This document shows, piece after piece, positions 26,776 to 36,773 of a DNA stretch of 64,000 nt. The DNA is taken from the NCBI GenBank assembly GCA_965219025.1, contig OZ244716.1, positions 327,812 through 391,811 on the forward strand, given 5' to 3'. Numbering within the stretch: position 1 is the first letter of the stretch; the number at the start of each line of letters is the position of its first letter. Under the pieces are notes generated by a model. That model was not told the origin of the DNA. It worked only from the letters and a program-made list of their open reading frames with translations, and did no database searches. This DNA comes from Dehalococcoidia bacterium (GTDB lineage Bacteria > Chloroflexota > Dehalococcoidia > Lucifugimonadales > UBA2985). The position numbers were made by a program, and so were the translations under genes.

Positions 26776-28047
26776 ATGAACGGCACACTCGCGCAGGTCA
26801 TTCAATTCAGGACAAGATCCACCGGTTACGGCTGGGTGGTCATGGGGTTCCTCTGGGCAGTGAACCTGTTGATTCCACTGGCGGCCGTTTCCCTGGGCAT
26901 CATGCTGCCCCCCATGACGGAGGAGCTGGGAATCTCGCCGATTCAGGCGGGCTTGCTGGGCGCATCCTGGTTCCTGGGCTCGGCGCTTGTGTCGTTGCCC
27001 GCCAGCATCTGGCTGTCACGATTCAGTCCCAAGTGGGTGACTTTCTACTCCACCTTCCTGGCCGGAGTTCTGCTGCTGGTTCAAGGGTGGGCTCCCAGCT
27101 TTGGCGTGCTGCTGTTTGCCCGGTTCATATTCGTCATAGTCGTGGTTTGTCGGGTGCAGGCGGAGGTGCTTCTGGTCCACCAGTGGTTCACGCAGGCACG
27201 AGTGGCGGTTGTGATGAGCCTGACCATCGGCATCATGTCCATAGGGCAGCTGGCGGCCGTGGGGCTGATCCCCATACTGATGGACATGTTTTCCGGCTGG
27301 CGGAACGTCTACATGGGCCTGGGCGGCGGCCTGCTGGTGGGCGCCGCGCTTTGGATGGTCGTGGGCCGTGAGCGCGTGACGCCGACCGCGCCGGAAACTG
27401 AACGCGCCCGCGGCGCTTCCCCGCTGCGTGTGCTTCGCCGGTACAGGTTTCTGTGGGTGCTGGCGGCCGCGCCATCGGGAGCTGCGCTGGCGTGGGGAGC
27501 CCTAATGACCTTCTGGCCCACGCTTGCGCTCGACAACCTGGGACTCTCGCTGAAGGGCGTGGGCGCCCTCATGATGCTGTTTCCCGCGGGCGGCATCGCC
27601 GCCTCTTTCCTGGCGGGGCCTCTCTCCGACCTCGCGGGGCGCCGCAAGCCCTTCCTGTGGGTGCCCGGATTACTCCTGCCGCCCATCTACATCGCGCTCT
27701 ACACTACCGAGATCGCCGTTGTTGCCGGTATCCTGCTGCTGGTTGCCGGGTGGAACGCCATGATTTGGGTGCCCATCATCCGAATCATTCCGTTCGACCT
27801 CCACCTCTCGCCGAGGGAGACGGCCGTAGCCACTGGCCTTGGCATGACCGTCCTGCCTATCGTAGGCGCAATGGGCCCTCCGCTCGTGGGCGCCATCCAG
27901 GAGGCGACCGGCTCCTTGCAGTTGGGACTGCTGAGCATAGTCGGGTTTCCGCTCACGCTGGTCGTCGGCGGGCTGCTAATACCGGAGACAAGCCCGCGTC
28001 GCAGGCACCGGGCAGCTCCAACCGCCGCCAAGCAGCCGGTCACATGA
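26776..28047 (+). CDS. MFS transporter
   Basis: 423-aa polytopic ORF, paralogous in its N-terminus to the MFS gene at 36774. Confidence 0.85.
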   Translation: MNGTLAQVIQFRTRSTGYGWVVMGFLWAVNLLIPLAAVSLGIMLPPMTEELGISPIQAGLLGASWFLGSALVSLPASIWLSRFSPKWVTFYSTFLAGVLLLVQGWAPSFGVLLFARFIFVIVVVCRVQAEVLLVHQWFTQARVAVVMSLTIGIMSIGQLAAVGLIPILMDMFSGWRNVYMGLGGGLLVGAALWMVVGRERVTPTAPETERARGASPLRVLRRYRFLWVLAAAPSGAALAWGALMTFWPTLALDNLGLSLKGVGALMMLFPAGGIAASFLAGPLSDLAGRRKPFLWVPGLLLPPIYIALYTTEIAVVAGILLLVAGWNAMIWVPIIRIIPFDLHLSPRETAVATGLGMTVLPIVGAMGPPLVGAIQEATGSLQLGLLSIVGFPLTLVVGGLLIPETSPRRRHRAAPTAAKQPVT

Positions 28048-28059
28048 CAAACGCGAACC

Positions 28060-28092
28060 ACCCCGCGCGTCAGAGGTGACGACGCGGGGTGG
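28060..28092. terminator. bidirectional hairpin between convergent genes
   Basis: CACCCCGCG (28060..28068) pairs with CGCGGGGTG (28084..28092), with a 15-nt loop. Confidence 0.45.
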
Positions 28093-28121
28093 GTATCAGG
28101 TTTCCTTGCCGGTGTAAGGGG

Positions 28122-28709
28122 CTACGCGCCAAGCGTCTGGGACAGTAGAGAGCGGATGTCCTTGACGGTGTCCTTCTGCCACTCGGGGAAGCGAGCGTTC
28201 ACGCGGTCCCTGCGGGCGTCGCGCACGGCGTCCTCGCCCTGCCCGGCCAGCTCGGTCTCCACGGCCTTGGTTATGTCGGCCATTTCCTGCGTTACCGACT
28301 CCGGCCTCTCGATCCAGTGGCACAGGTACTCCTGGTCGGCGTTGTAGAAGACCAGCGTGGGGATGGAGCGGAACTCGCCCCTGTTCAGGAACTCGTCGGC
28401 GATGTCGAGGTTCTCGTCCCTGGGGAACACCCGCATCTCCATGCCGGACACCGCCGCAATGCGCCCGATGACGGGCATGCCGCGATAGACGTCCGGGCAC
28501 CAGTCCTCGCCGACCACCACCACGCGGGAGCAGCCTTTCTCCACGGCCGCCTTGAAGAAGCCGGCGTCATCGTCCGACACGGCCTCCACTGCGGTCTCGT
28601 CATACATGGCGAATCGGTCCTGGTTGACCTTGATCTGCGCCAGGTAGTCGCTGTAGTCAAAGCCCTGGGCAAACCTTTCCGACGATACTACGGTTGTTTT
28701 CTCAGCCAT
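28122..28709 (-). CDS. thioredoxin-fold protein (Thioredoxin_9-like), single-Cys WCPDV motif
   Basis: VVVVGEDWCPDVYRGMPVIGRIA...IPTLVFY. AAGGAGGAG lies before the ATG. Confidence 0.7.
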   Translation of the reverse strand: MAEKTTVVSSERFAQGFDYSDYLAQIKVNQDRFAMYDETAVEAVSDDDAGFFKAAVEKGCSRVVVVGEDWCPDVYRGMPVIGRIAAVSGMEMRVFPRDENLDIADEFLNRGEFRSIPTLVFYNADQEYLCHWIERPESVTQEMADITKAVETELAGQGEDAVRDARRDRVNARFPEWQKDTVKDIRSLLSQTLGA

Positions 28710-28758
28710 ATCTCCTCCTTACTATTCTCTTCAAGCAGCTTACCGACTTGCCGGCCGG

Positions 28759-28989
28759 CTAGCCGATGAAGCAGCCTATTCCGCCCTCGAAGCCCTCCTC
28801 CACTCTGCCGTCCGGGTAGCGCACGATCGGGACAACATCCCCGTACTTCCGCGCCTCCTCCATGATGTCCTGGCTGAGGTCGGCCCGGCGCTCCTCGAAC
28901 ACCACACCGTCAGCGTTCCACTTGTCGAGCAGCTTGACGCAGGCGTCGCAACCCTGGATTGTGTACACGATCGGCATAGACGAAACCAT
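28759..28989 (-). CDS. glutaredoxin/NrdH-like small redoxin
   Basis: MVSSMPIVYTIQGCDACVKL...VVPIV has CxxC in a glutaredoxin-like context. GGAGGAG lies before ATG 28989. Confidence 0.7.
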   Translation of the reverse strand: MVSSMPIVYTIQGCDACVKLLDKWNADGVVFEERRADLSQDIMEEARKYGDVVPIVRYPDGRVEEGFEGGIGCFIG

Positions 28990-29136
28990 GGTGCTCCTCC
29001 AATTGGAAGATCGACGCCGCGCACGGCGCCCGGCAGCCAGATTATACAGCCACCGCAGGCGAGGCCGCAACCTGAGCAGGGTCTACGACGTTCGGATCCC
29101 GCCTCGAGTCGGCTGTGCTCACCGGCCGAATTGGAC

Positions 29137-30498
29137 CTAGGACTGCGACGCCCCCTCACCGCGAGCCGCGGCTGCGGCCTCAAGCTCGGCCCTCATCGAC
29201 TCCGTCGGCTTCGGCGGCTTGAAGAAGAAGAACATGATTCCCGCGGCCAGCATCATCCATAGCCCGATCTGCCAGATGACTCCCGCGCCCACGCCCGAGT
29301 CCACAAGGTAGGCCGTAGCCGGTGCGCCCAGCGCGCCCGCGGCGATCATCAGCGGCAGGGATATGCCTCTGATCTTACCCTGAGCGGTACGGCCGTAGTA
29401 GTTCGGGATGAGCAGGTTCTGCGAAGCCGCGAAGGCCCCGGAGCCTATACCCCACGTCACGTTGTGTATATACACGTTCGCCGCGTGGGTACCTCCAAGG
29501 GCCAGTGGCACCATCGAAAGCGCGCGCCAGACCCCGCCGATCACCGCCATGAACCGCACCGGATAGCGCTCTGCCAGGAACCCGAAAAAGAGCATGGCAA
29601 AGATCACCGTGAAGGGGTCCATCGCCACTCCGAAGGCGATGGCCGCGGCGGATATGCCCTGCTCGTTCCAAAAGGGCACTCGGAGGAACAGCACGCCCGA
29701 CGACGAGAACATGTATATTGTCAGCGAAAGCAGCATGAACCACAGAACAGGCGTACGAACAGCCTGTCCAAGCGTCCAGTTCACTTCCTCCACCGGCGCG
29801 GCCTGCGCGAGAACGGGGCCGGATTCGCCAGACGCGTCCGGTGCAGCCTCCGCGGGCTGCGGGATCCTCCCGTCCGGCAGCAGGCCCAGGTCCTCCGGCC
29901 GGCGGCGCATCAGGAAGGCGTAGCCTGGTAGGATGACCAACCAGATCGCCAGCCCGAACGCCACCCAAGCCCATCGCCATCCCACGGTGTTGATGAGGAA
30001 CAGGCCCAGGGGTACGCCGAGAGCGGTGCCAACACCCAGCCCCGTTGCGGCGATGGAGGTGGCCCGGCCGCGCATCGCCACGAACCAGTTGGCCACCGGC
30101 ACGATGGTGAGCAGCTGGCCGCCGAACGAACCCAGGCCCGAAATGCCGCTAATGGCGAACAGCACGTAGATGAGCCAGATGTTGTCCACGAAGTAGAGGC
30201 TCAGGAGGACAGCGCCGGAGATCAGCCCGCCCAAAAAGCCCAGCCATCGCGCCCCGTAGCTGTCAATGAGTCGCCCCATGAAGGGAGCCACCACTCCTCC
30301 CGTCAGCAAACGAATGGCAATGGCCCAGGCCATGTGGCTGAGGCTCAGGCCCAGCTCCTCCCTCATCGGGTCGATGAAGATGGAGAAGACCACGGGGTTC
30401 ATAGTTGCGGCCACCATGTTGGCCAGCCACGCAACGGCCACGATGACCCACCCGTAGTACATACCGGATGGCAACGGGATCGGAAGCGTTGGCCGCAT
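29137..30498 (-). CDS. MFS transporter
   Basis: GMYYGWVIVAVAWLANMV N-terminus and RLIDSYGARW loop. Likely start is ATG 30498. Confidence 0.85.
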   Translation of the reverse strand: MRPTLPIPLPSGMYYGWVIVAVAWLANMVAATMNPVVFSIFIDPMREELGLSLSHMAWAIAIRLLTGGVVAPFMGRLIDSYGARWLGFLGGLISGAVLLSLYFVDNIWLIYVLFAISGISGLGSFGGQLLTIVPVANWFVAMRGRATSIAATGLGVGTALGVPLGLFLINTVGWRWAWVAFGLAIWLVILPGYAFLMRRRPEDLGLLPDGRIPQPAEAAPDASGESGPVLAQAAPVEEVNWTLGQAVRTPVLWFMLLSLTIYMFSSSGVLFLRVPFWNEQGISAAAIAFGVAMDPFTVIFAMLFFGFLAERYPVRFMAVIGGVWRALSMVPLALGGTHAANVYIHNVTWGIGSGAFAASQNLLIPNYYGRTAQGKIRGISLPLMIAAGALGAPATAYLVDSGVGAGVIWQIGLWMMLAAGIMFFFFKPPKPTESMRAELEAAAAARGEGASQS

Positions 30499-30778
30499 CA
30501 ACGGACGGCCTTGAGAATCATGCAATCTGGCTCCATCAGAGTGGCGCGCTGCCCGGAATTCGCCGACCTGCGCGGTTCCAACAAGGATAGGCCCATCCCG
30601 AATATGCGTCAAGGCGAGGTATGCAATGGTTCCCGTAGCCTCTTGCAGCCCTGCGTCGCACTGGGGTGAGTCCGGCTATGGCGGCAATGCCATATGCGTG
30701 ATATATTATGGCACGATTCATCACAGCAAGCCGCCACGCGGCAGGCCTTCCACATAGCAGTTGTCCGGAGGACGTAGC

Positions 30779-32455
30779 ATGTTCGAACACGATGTCCTGG
30801 TTATCGGCGCCGGTCTCGCAGGACTGCGCGCTGCCCTGGCTGCCAACGACGCCGGGGCTGACGCTGCGGTCATCACCAAGGTGCACCCTGTACGCAGCCA
30901 CTCCAACGCCGCCCAGGGCGGCATCAACGCTGCCCTCACGGACCGGGGTGACACCTGGGAGGAGCACGCGTTCGAGACCGTCAAGGGCAGCGATTACCTC
31001 GGCGACCAGGACGCGATCGAGGTCCTCTGCAGCGAAGCCGGCCGCGCCATAATCGAGCAGGAGCACTTCGGCGTGATCTTCAGCCGTGACGACACCGGCC
31101 GCCTCGGCGCTCGCAACTTCGGCGGCCAGCAGAGGGCACGCACGTTCTTCGTGGCGGACTTCACCGGACAGGCCATGCTCCACGTCATGTACGAGCAGCT
31201 GGTCAAGTCCGGCACACGCGTATACGAGGAGTGGTTCGTGACGTCCCTGGTGATTGAGGACGGTCGTTGCCAGGGCGTGGTCGCCATGGACATGATGAGC
31301 GGGGAGTTGCACGTCATCAAGGCCGGGGCCGTCATCCTGGCGGCCGGTGGTCTTGGCCGCCTGTACGAGCCTACAACCAACGCCCTGATCTGCACGGGCG
31401 ACGGGATGGCGCTCGCATATCGAGCCGGGGCACCTCTGATGGACATGGAGATGGTCCAGTACCACCCCACCACGCTCAAGAGCAACGGCGTGCTCATCAC
31501 CGAGGCCGCCCGCGGCGAAGGCGCATACCTGATCAACGCCGACGGAGAGCGCTTCATGGAAAGGTACGCCCCCAACATGATGGAGCTGGCCTCGCGTGAC
31601 GTGGTCTCCCGTGCGGAGCAGACGGAGATCAACGAAGGCAGAGGCCTGGACGGCTGCGTTCTCCTGGACCTGCGCCACCTTGGGCGGGAGAAGATTCACG
31701 AGCGCCTTCAGTACATCAATGAGGTGTCCATGGACTTCCTGGGCATCGACCTGGCGGAGCAGCCCGTGCCCGTTCGCCCCGGTATGCACTACCAGATGGG
31801 CGGCGTCAAGACGGACGTGGACGGCGCGACGCCAGTGCCAGGGCTCTACGCCGCGGGCGAGTGCGCCTGCGTGAGCGTACACGGCGGCAACCGTCTCGGC
31901 GCGAACTCGCTGCTGGACACCATCGTGTTCGGGCGCCGGTCGGGCGAGGCCGCCGCCATCTACTCGCGCGAAACGGCCCGTGCAGACGTGTCGGACTCCC
32001 GCCTGTCCCTGGACGAAGACCTCATCAAGGCGCTCCTGGACCGGCAGGACAACGGCGACACGCCGGCCGCGATCCGGCTGGAGCTTGGCACCGCCATGAA
32101 CGACTACGTCGCAGTCTTCCGCACAATCGAGGGAATGCAGACGGCTCGCGAGAAGATACGCAGCCTCAGCGAGCGGTACGAGACGGTTCCCGTTCAGGAC
32201 AAGGGCCACGTCTTCAACACCAACCTTATCGCTACACTGGAGCTCGGTTTCATGCTTGAGTGTGCGGAGACCATCGTGGTGAGCGCGCTTGAGCGCAAGG
32301 AGAGCCGGGGCGCACACTTCATGACGGAGTTTCCTCAGCGGGACGACGAGAACTGGCTGAAGCACATCATGGTGCGACAGTCACCGGACGGGCCACAGCT
32401 GGACTACGTCCCGGTAACCATAACCCAGTGGGAGCCCCAGGTCAGGTCGTACTAG
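30779..32455 (+). CDS. succinate dehydrogenase/fumarate reductase flavoprotein-subunit homolog (no sdhB/C/D adjacent)
   Basis: DVLVIGAGLAGLRAAL; RSHSNAAQGGINAAL (covalent-FAD His); HYQMGGV; GECACVSVHGGNRLGANSLLD. GGAGG lies 7 nt before ATG 30779. Confidence 0.85.
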   Translation: MFEHDVLVIGAGLAGLRAALAANDAGADAAVITKVHPVRSHSNAAQGGINAALTDRGDTWEEHAFETVKGSDYLGDQDAIEVLCSEAGRAIIEQEHFGVIFSRDDTGRLGARNFGGQQRARTFFVADFTGQAMLHVMYEQLVKSGTRVYEEWFVTSLVIEDGRCQGVVAMDMMSGELHVIKAGAVILAAGGLGRLYEPTTNALICTGDGMALAYRAGAPLMDMEMVQYHPTTLKSNGVLITEAARGEGAYLINADGERFMERYAPNMMELASRDVVSRAEQTEINEGRGLDGCVLLDLRHLGREKIHERLQYINEVSMDFLGIDLAEQPVPVRPGMHYQMGGVKTDVDGATPVPGLYAAGECACVSVHGGNRLGANSLLDTIVFGRRSGEAAAIYSRETARADVSDSRLSLDEDLIKALLDRQDNGDTPAAIRLELGTAMNDYVAVFRTIEGMQTAREKIRSLSERYETVPVQDKGHVFNTNLIATLELGFMLECAETIVVSALERKESRGAHFMTEFPQRDDENWLKHIMVRQSPDGPQLDYVPVTITQWEPQVRSY

Positions 32456-32486
32456 AGCGCAACGCTGCTTCCACAGGAGGCGCCGC

Positions 32487-32792
32487 GTGAACAAGTTCAT
32501 CGTGCTGGCCGCCATGAAGGGGGAGTTCCTGGCCCACGGGGGCAACGTCTACGAGAACTTCCAGATGATGGGCTACGTGGAGGCGGCCTCCCCATTCGAC
32601 GCTGTCCGCACGTTCTTCGACAACCCTCAGTTCCCGCTCGACTGGCGGGACATACGCTACATGTGGGCGGAGCCGTTGCAGGACGACGAGAGCAGCGGCC
32701 ACTACGGGGAATTCGACCGCATCTACATCGAGGATCTTGCGGAGCAGGCAAAGCGCGGGGAGCGCGCGGACTCCCGCGAGCGCGGAGCCTAA
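32487..32792 (+). CDS. hypothetical protein (101 aa), probably co-transcribed with the SdhA homolog
   Basis: GTG start 6 nt after AGGAGG. No family recognised. Confidence 0.45.
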   Translation: MNKFIVLAAMKGEFLAHGGNVYENFQMMGYVEAASPFDAVRTFFDNPQFPLDWRDIRYMWAEPLQDDESSGHYGEFDRIYIEDLAEQAKRGERADSRERGA

Positions 32793-32834
32793 GCGTCGGA
32801 CTCACCGCCAGCGCAGCGGAAAGGAGGCAGAGGC

Positions 32835-33509
32835 ATGGCTATCGTTACCATCAACGGGCAGCGAGGCAGTGGAGCGCCGGAGATTGGCATGGAGGTTGCC
32901 GCACGGCTCGGCTATACGTACCTTGACCGCCAGGTGCTCGGCGAGGCAGCCAAACGCCTTGGCACCACCGAAGAGGTCATTGAGGCCAAGGAATCCCCTA
33001 CCCAGTCGGGCCCGCGCGTTCTCACGGCCCTCACCAGGATCATCAACCGCATGGGCGCATCGGGCGCCCTGGGCGACCCATTCTCTCCGTTCGGACTCAG
33101 CCAGGACTACCGCGAGCTGATGGCCGGGAGCGCCGCGGGAGGCTTGCACATCGATGATGACCAGTTCCTGGAGGCCACTGTGGAGGTCATACGCGACCTG
33201 GCAGACTCAGGCGATGTTGTCATAGTGGGGAGGGCCGGCAACGTCATACTGAGAGACCACCCGGAGGCGCTTCACGTCGGGCTGGTGTCGGAGAACGAGT
33301 CGCGCGCCGACGTTGTTGCGAAGCGCGAGGGAATCACGCCCGAGGAGGCCAAGCTCCTGATGGAGGGAGCCGAGCAGGCGCGGCTTGAGTACTTCCGGAG
33401 GTACTTCAACGTGGAAGCCGACGACCCGATCGGCTTCCACCTGATGCTCAACACGCACCTGCTGCCCCGGAATCGCATCGTGGAGATCATAGCCGACTCC
33501 ATACAGTAG
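32835..33509 (+). CDS. cytidylate-kinase-like family P-loop protein
   Basis: MAIVTINGQRGSGAPEIGMEVAARLGYTYLDRQVL. AGGAGG lies upstream. Confidence 0.75.
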   Translation: MAIVTINGQRGSGAPEIGMEVAARLGYTYLDRQVLGEAAKRLGTTEEVIEAKESPTQSGPRVLTALTRIINRMGASGALGDPFSPFGLSQDYRELMAGSAAGGLHIDDDQFLEATVEVIRDLADSGDVVIVGRAGNVILRDHPEALHVGLVSENESRADVVAKREGITPEEAKLLMEGAEQARLEYFRRYFNVEADDPIGFHLMLNTHLLPRNRIVEIIADSIQ

Positions 33510-33568
33510 GCGGGGGCCACCGTCCGCCCAAGCGCCCGCTCGTGCTGAGCCTTGTATCTTAGAATAAG

Positions 33569-33710
33569 GACGTGACAGACCGAGTGAGCCTTGGTCCCAG
33601 TTTCTGGTAGACCGTTCGACAGCAGGGTCGTCACGTCACTCTCTGGGAGAGCCCGAACAGTTGCTTGGGCATAGCAGCCCGAATTTGCAAGGCGGGGCCG
33701 GTGCAGAGAG
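33569..33710 (+). ncRNA. structured leader of the IS110 element (bridge-RNA-like candidate)
   Basis: Stem-loop 1: 33569..33581 pairs with 33626..33637 (12 bp plus 1 bulge) and encloses a nested GGTC-CCAG-ttt-CTGG-ta-GACC hairpin. Stem-loop 2: CTCTCTG 33639..33645 pairs with CAGAGAG 33704..33710. Confidence 0.35.
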
Positions 33711-33718
33711 CAATGTAG

Positions 33719-34678
<960 letters not shown>

Positions 34679-34730
34679 CATCCAAGACAGTTGCTGTCGA
34701 AGTGCGAGCGTGACCGAGGAAGGCACGAGC

Positions 34731-35645
34731 TCACACGGCGACCAGGTCCTTCACCAACTGGATCACCACCGTAAGCGTCAATGTGCTCAGAAACGTGCTG
34801 GTCACCACCGCGTTGGTCACGAACCGCGGATTCGTCTTGAACTCGGTGGCCAGGATGATGGTGAACACCGCGACCGGCATCGCGTACACGGTCATCACCA
34901 CGCCGCGCGCCAGGTCGTCCAGCCCAAGAAGCGTAGCTGACAGGTAGGCCAGCGGCACGGACGCCAGAAGTCGCACCATCACTGCCGCGGTCAGGCTCGC
35001 CGCGCTCTCCAGCCGAATCTCGCCTCCCAACTGGAACCCGAGCACCACAAGCATCATGGGTATCGAGGCCTGTGCCAGCAGCTCGATGGGGCTCTCAACC
35101 ACGTGCGGCAGCTCCAGGCCGGCCGCCCTCACCGCCAGCGCGGCGATGATGGCGTAGATCGCCGGCAGCTTAAAGATCTGCTTCAGCGACTCCAGCATGT
35201 TCAAACTGCTTCCAGCTGCTATGAACACGCCAAGCGACTGCCCCATGATCGCCATCGTGACGAACACGATGACCCCCACCGCCAGACCCTCCTCCCCGAA
35301 GGCCAGTAGCAGCACGGGCAGCGCCATGTTGCCGGCATTCGGGAAGCCGGTCGAGAGCACGAACGCGCTTCGCATGGCGCGGTCGTGCCGGAGCGCGAAG
35401 CTCACAATCAGGCTGGTCGCGATGATGAAAGTGTTGGCAACGAGCAGCGTTGCCACAATCCTGAAGGTAGCCGAGGGAGGAATCTCCTGCTGCACCAGAG
35501 ACGTGAAAATGAGCGCAGGAGTGAGCAGGTATAGCGTGACCTGGCTCAGGGGCCCTACGGACGATTTCCTCCAGCGCTGGAACGCAGCGGCAAGAATGGC
35601 CACCAGGAACACCGGCATGATTACGTTGATGAAGACGTCCAGCAT
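34731..35645 (-). CDS. AEC-family (auxin efflux carrier-like) transporter
   Basis: MLDVFINVIMPVFLVAILAAAF..., 304 aa, about 10 TM segments. Confidence 0.8.
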   Translation of the reverse strand: MLDVFINVIMPVFLVAILAAAFQRWRKSSVGPLSQVTLYLLTPALIFTSLVQQEIPPSATFRIVATLLVANTFIIATSLIVSFALRHDRAMRSAFVLSTGFPNAGNMALPVLLLAFGEEGLAVGVIVFVTMAIMGQSLGVFIAAGSSLNMLESLKQIFKLPAIYAIIAALAVRAAGLELPHVVESPIELLAQASIPMMLVVLGFQLGGEIRLESAASLTAAVMVRLLASVPLAYLSATLLGLDDLARGVVMTVYAMPVAVFTIILATEFKTNPRFVTNAVVTSTFLSTLTLTVVIQLVKDLVAV

Positions 35646-35681
35646 TGCGGTGGTCCCGGCGATTTGGTGCCTCTCGGCCCG

Positions 35682-36644
35682 CTACCCGCCGAAGAAGCGC
35701 CTGGGCGCGTCCGCCATCATCGTGGTTATCGCGTCGTCGCTGACGCCGAGCTCCCGCAGCCTGGGAAGCACACGACGGCTGACGAAGCAGTAACCGTCCG
35801 GGTTGTTCTCGCTCCTCCGGCCGGCGTTCTCCGGCAGGATCGGCTTCCAGCTGCCGAAGTCGTGGGACATGGTCACCTGCGCGGCGTGCCCGAGGTCGAC
35901 TAGCCGCTTGATCACCTGTGTCCGCTCCTCCCAGCTCAGGCCTCCGCGCGCGCCGCCGGGAAAGTGGTCCATACCCAGGAAGCACCCCCTGGACACGATT
36001 CCCACCAGGTAGTCCATGTCATCGGTATCGTTGCTGTGGCCGATGCACACCCGCCCCATGTCCACGCCCTCCTCCTCGAACACGGCAATCTGCAGGTTGC
36101 CGGTCTGGGCGATTGACGAAGTGTGAGTTGAGATCGGCACGCCCGTCCGGTTGCACGCTCGCGCAGCCGCCCGCAGGATAAGCTCGTTCGACGGAGCAAG
36201 CCTGCCGTCCTCCACGTTGCCCACGTCGGTTGCCACCTTGATCACGCCGGCGCGGATTCCCGTACCCTCGATGCCCTCCTCTATCTCACGCACGAACGAT
36301 CCCGCAAGCTGGTCTGCCGTTACGCCGTTCGCGATGGCGCGGGGTATGTCCAGCCAGACGCCCGTGCATATCACGATGTGGAGGTTGGCCTCATCCGCAA
36401 CGTCCTTCAGCAGCCGCATGTCCCGGCCCAGGTCCATCGTGGTCACGTCCACGATTGTCCCCACGCCCTCCGCGGCCGCCTCGTTGAGCGCGGCGGCGCG
36501 CTCCTCTACGTCTGCATCGTGGTCGAACAGGTCCGGAAAGGTGTACGACACCCCGGCCGAGCTCTCCCGCACGTGCTCGTGCATCAGCGTGAAGCCCAGG
36601 TCACCGGCATCCACCGGTCCGAGAATCGTGTTCACAGTTGCCAT
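35682..36644 (-). CDS. phosphotriesterase-family (PTE/PHP) amidohydrolase-fold hydrolase
   Basis: GFTLMHEHV...HTS...IGHSND... metal-ligand pattern. GGAGG lies before ATG 36644. Confidence 0.8.
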   Translation of the reverse strand: MATVNTILGPVDAGDLGFTLMHEHVRESSAGVSYTFPDLFDHDADVEERAAALNEAAAEGVGTIVDVTTMDLGRDMRLLKDVADEANLHIVICTGVWLDIPRAIANGVTADQLAGSFVREIEEGIEGTGIRAGVIKVATDVGNVEDGRLAPSNELILRAAARACNRTGVPISTHTSSIAQTGNLQIAVFEEEGVDMGRVCIGHSNDTDDMDYLVGIVSRGCFLGMDHFPGGARGGLSWEERTQVIKRLVDLGHAAQVTMSHDFGSWKPILPENAGRRSENNPDGYCFVSRRVLPRLRELGVSDDAITTMMADAPRRFFGG

Positions 36645-36773
36645 TACAACCTCCGGGCGATCGAGTTGGGACGCGGCTCGTTCCGCTCCGTGCAAGTGTA
36701 GCTTTGGTGAATCAGCGGCGCAAGGAGCGTCTCCGACGTGCTGCTCGGACGACGGAGACGGTTCGCGTCTCCG

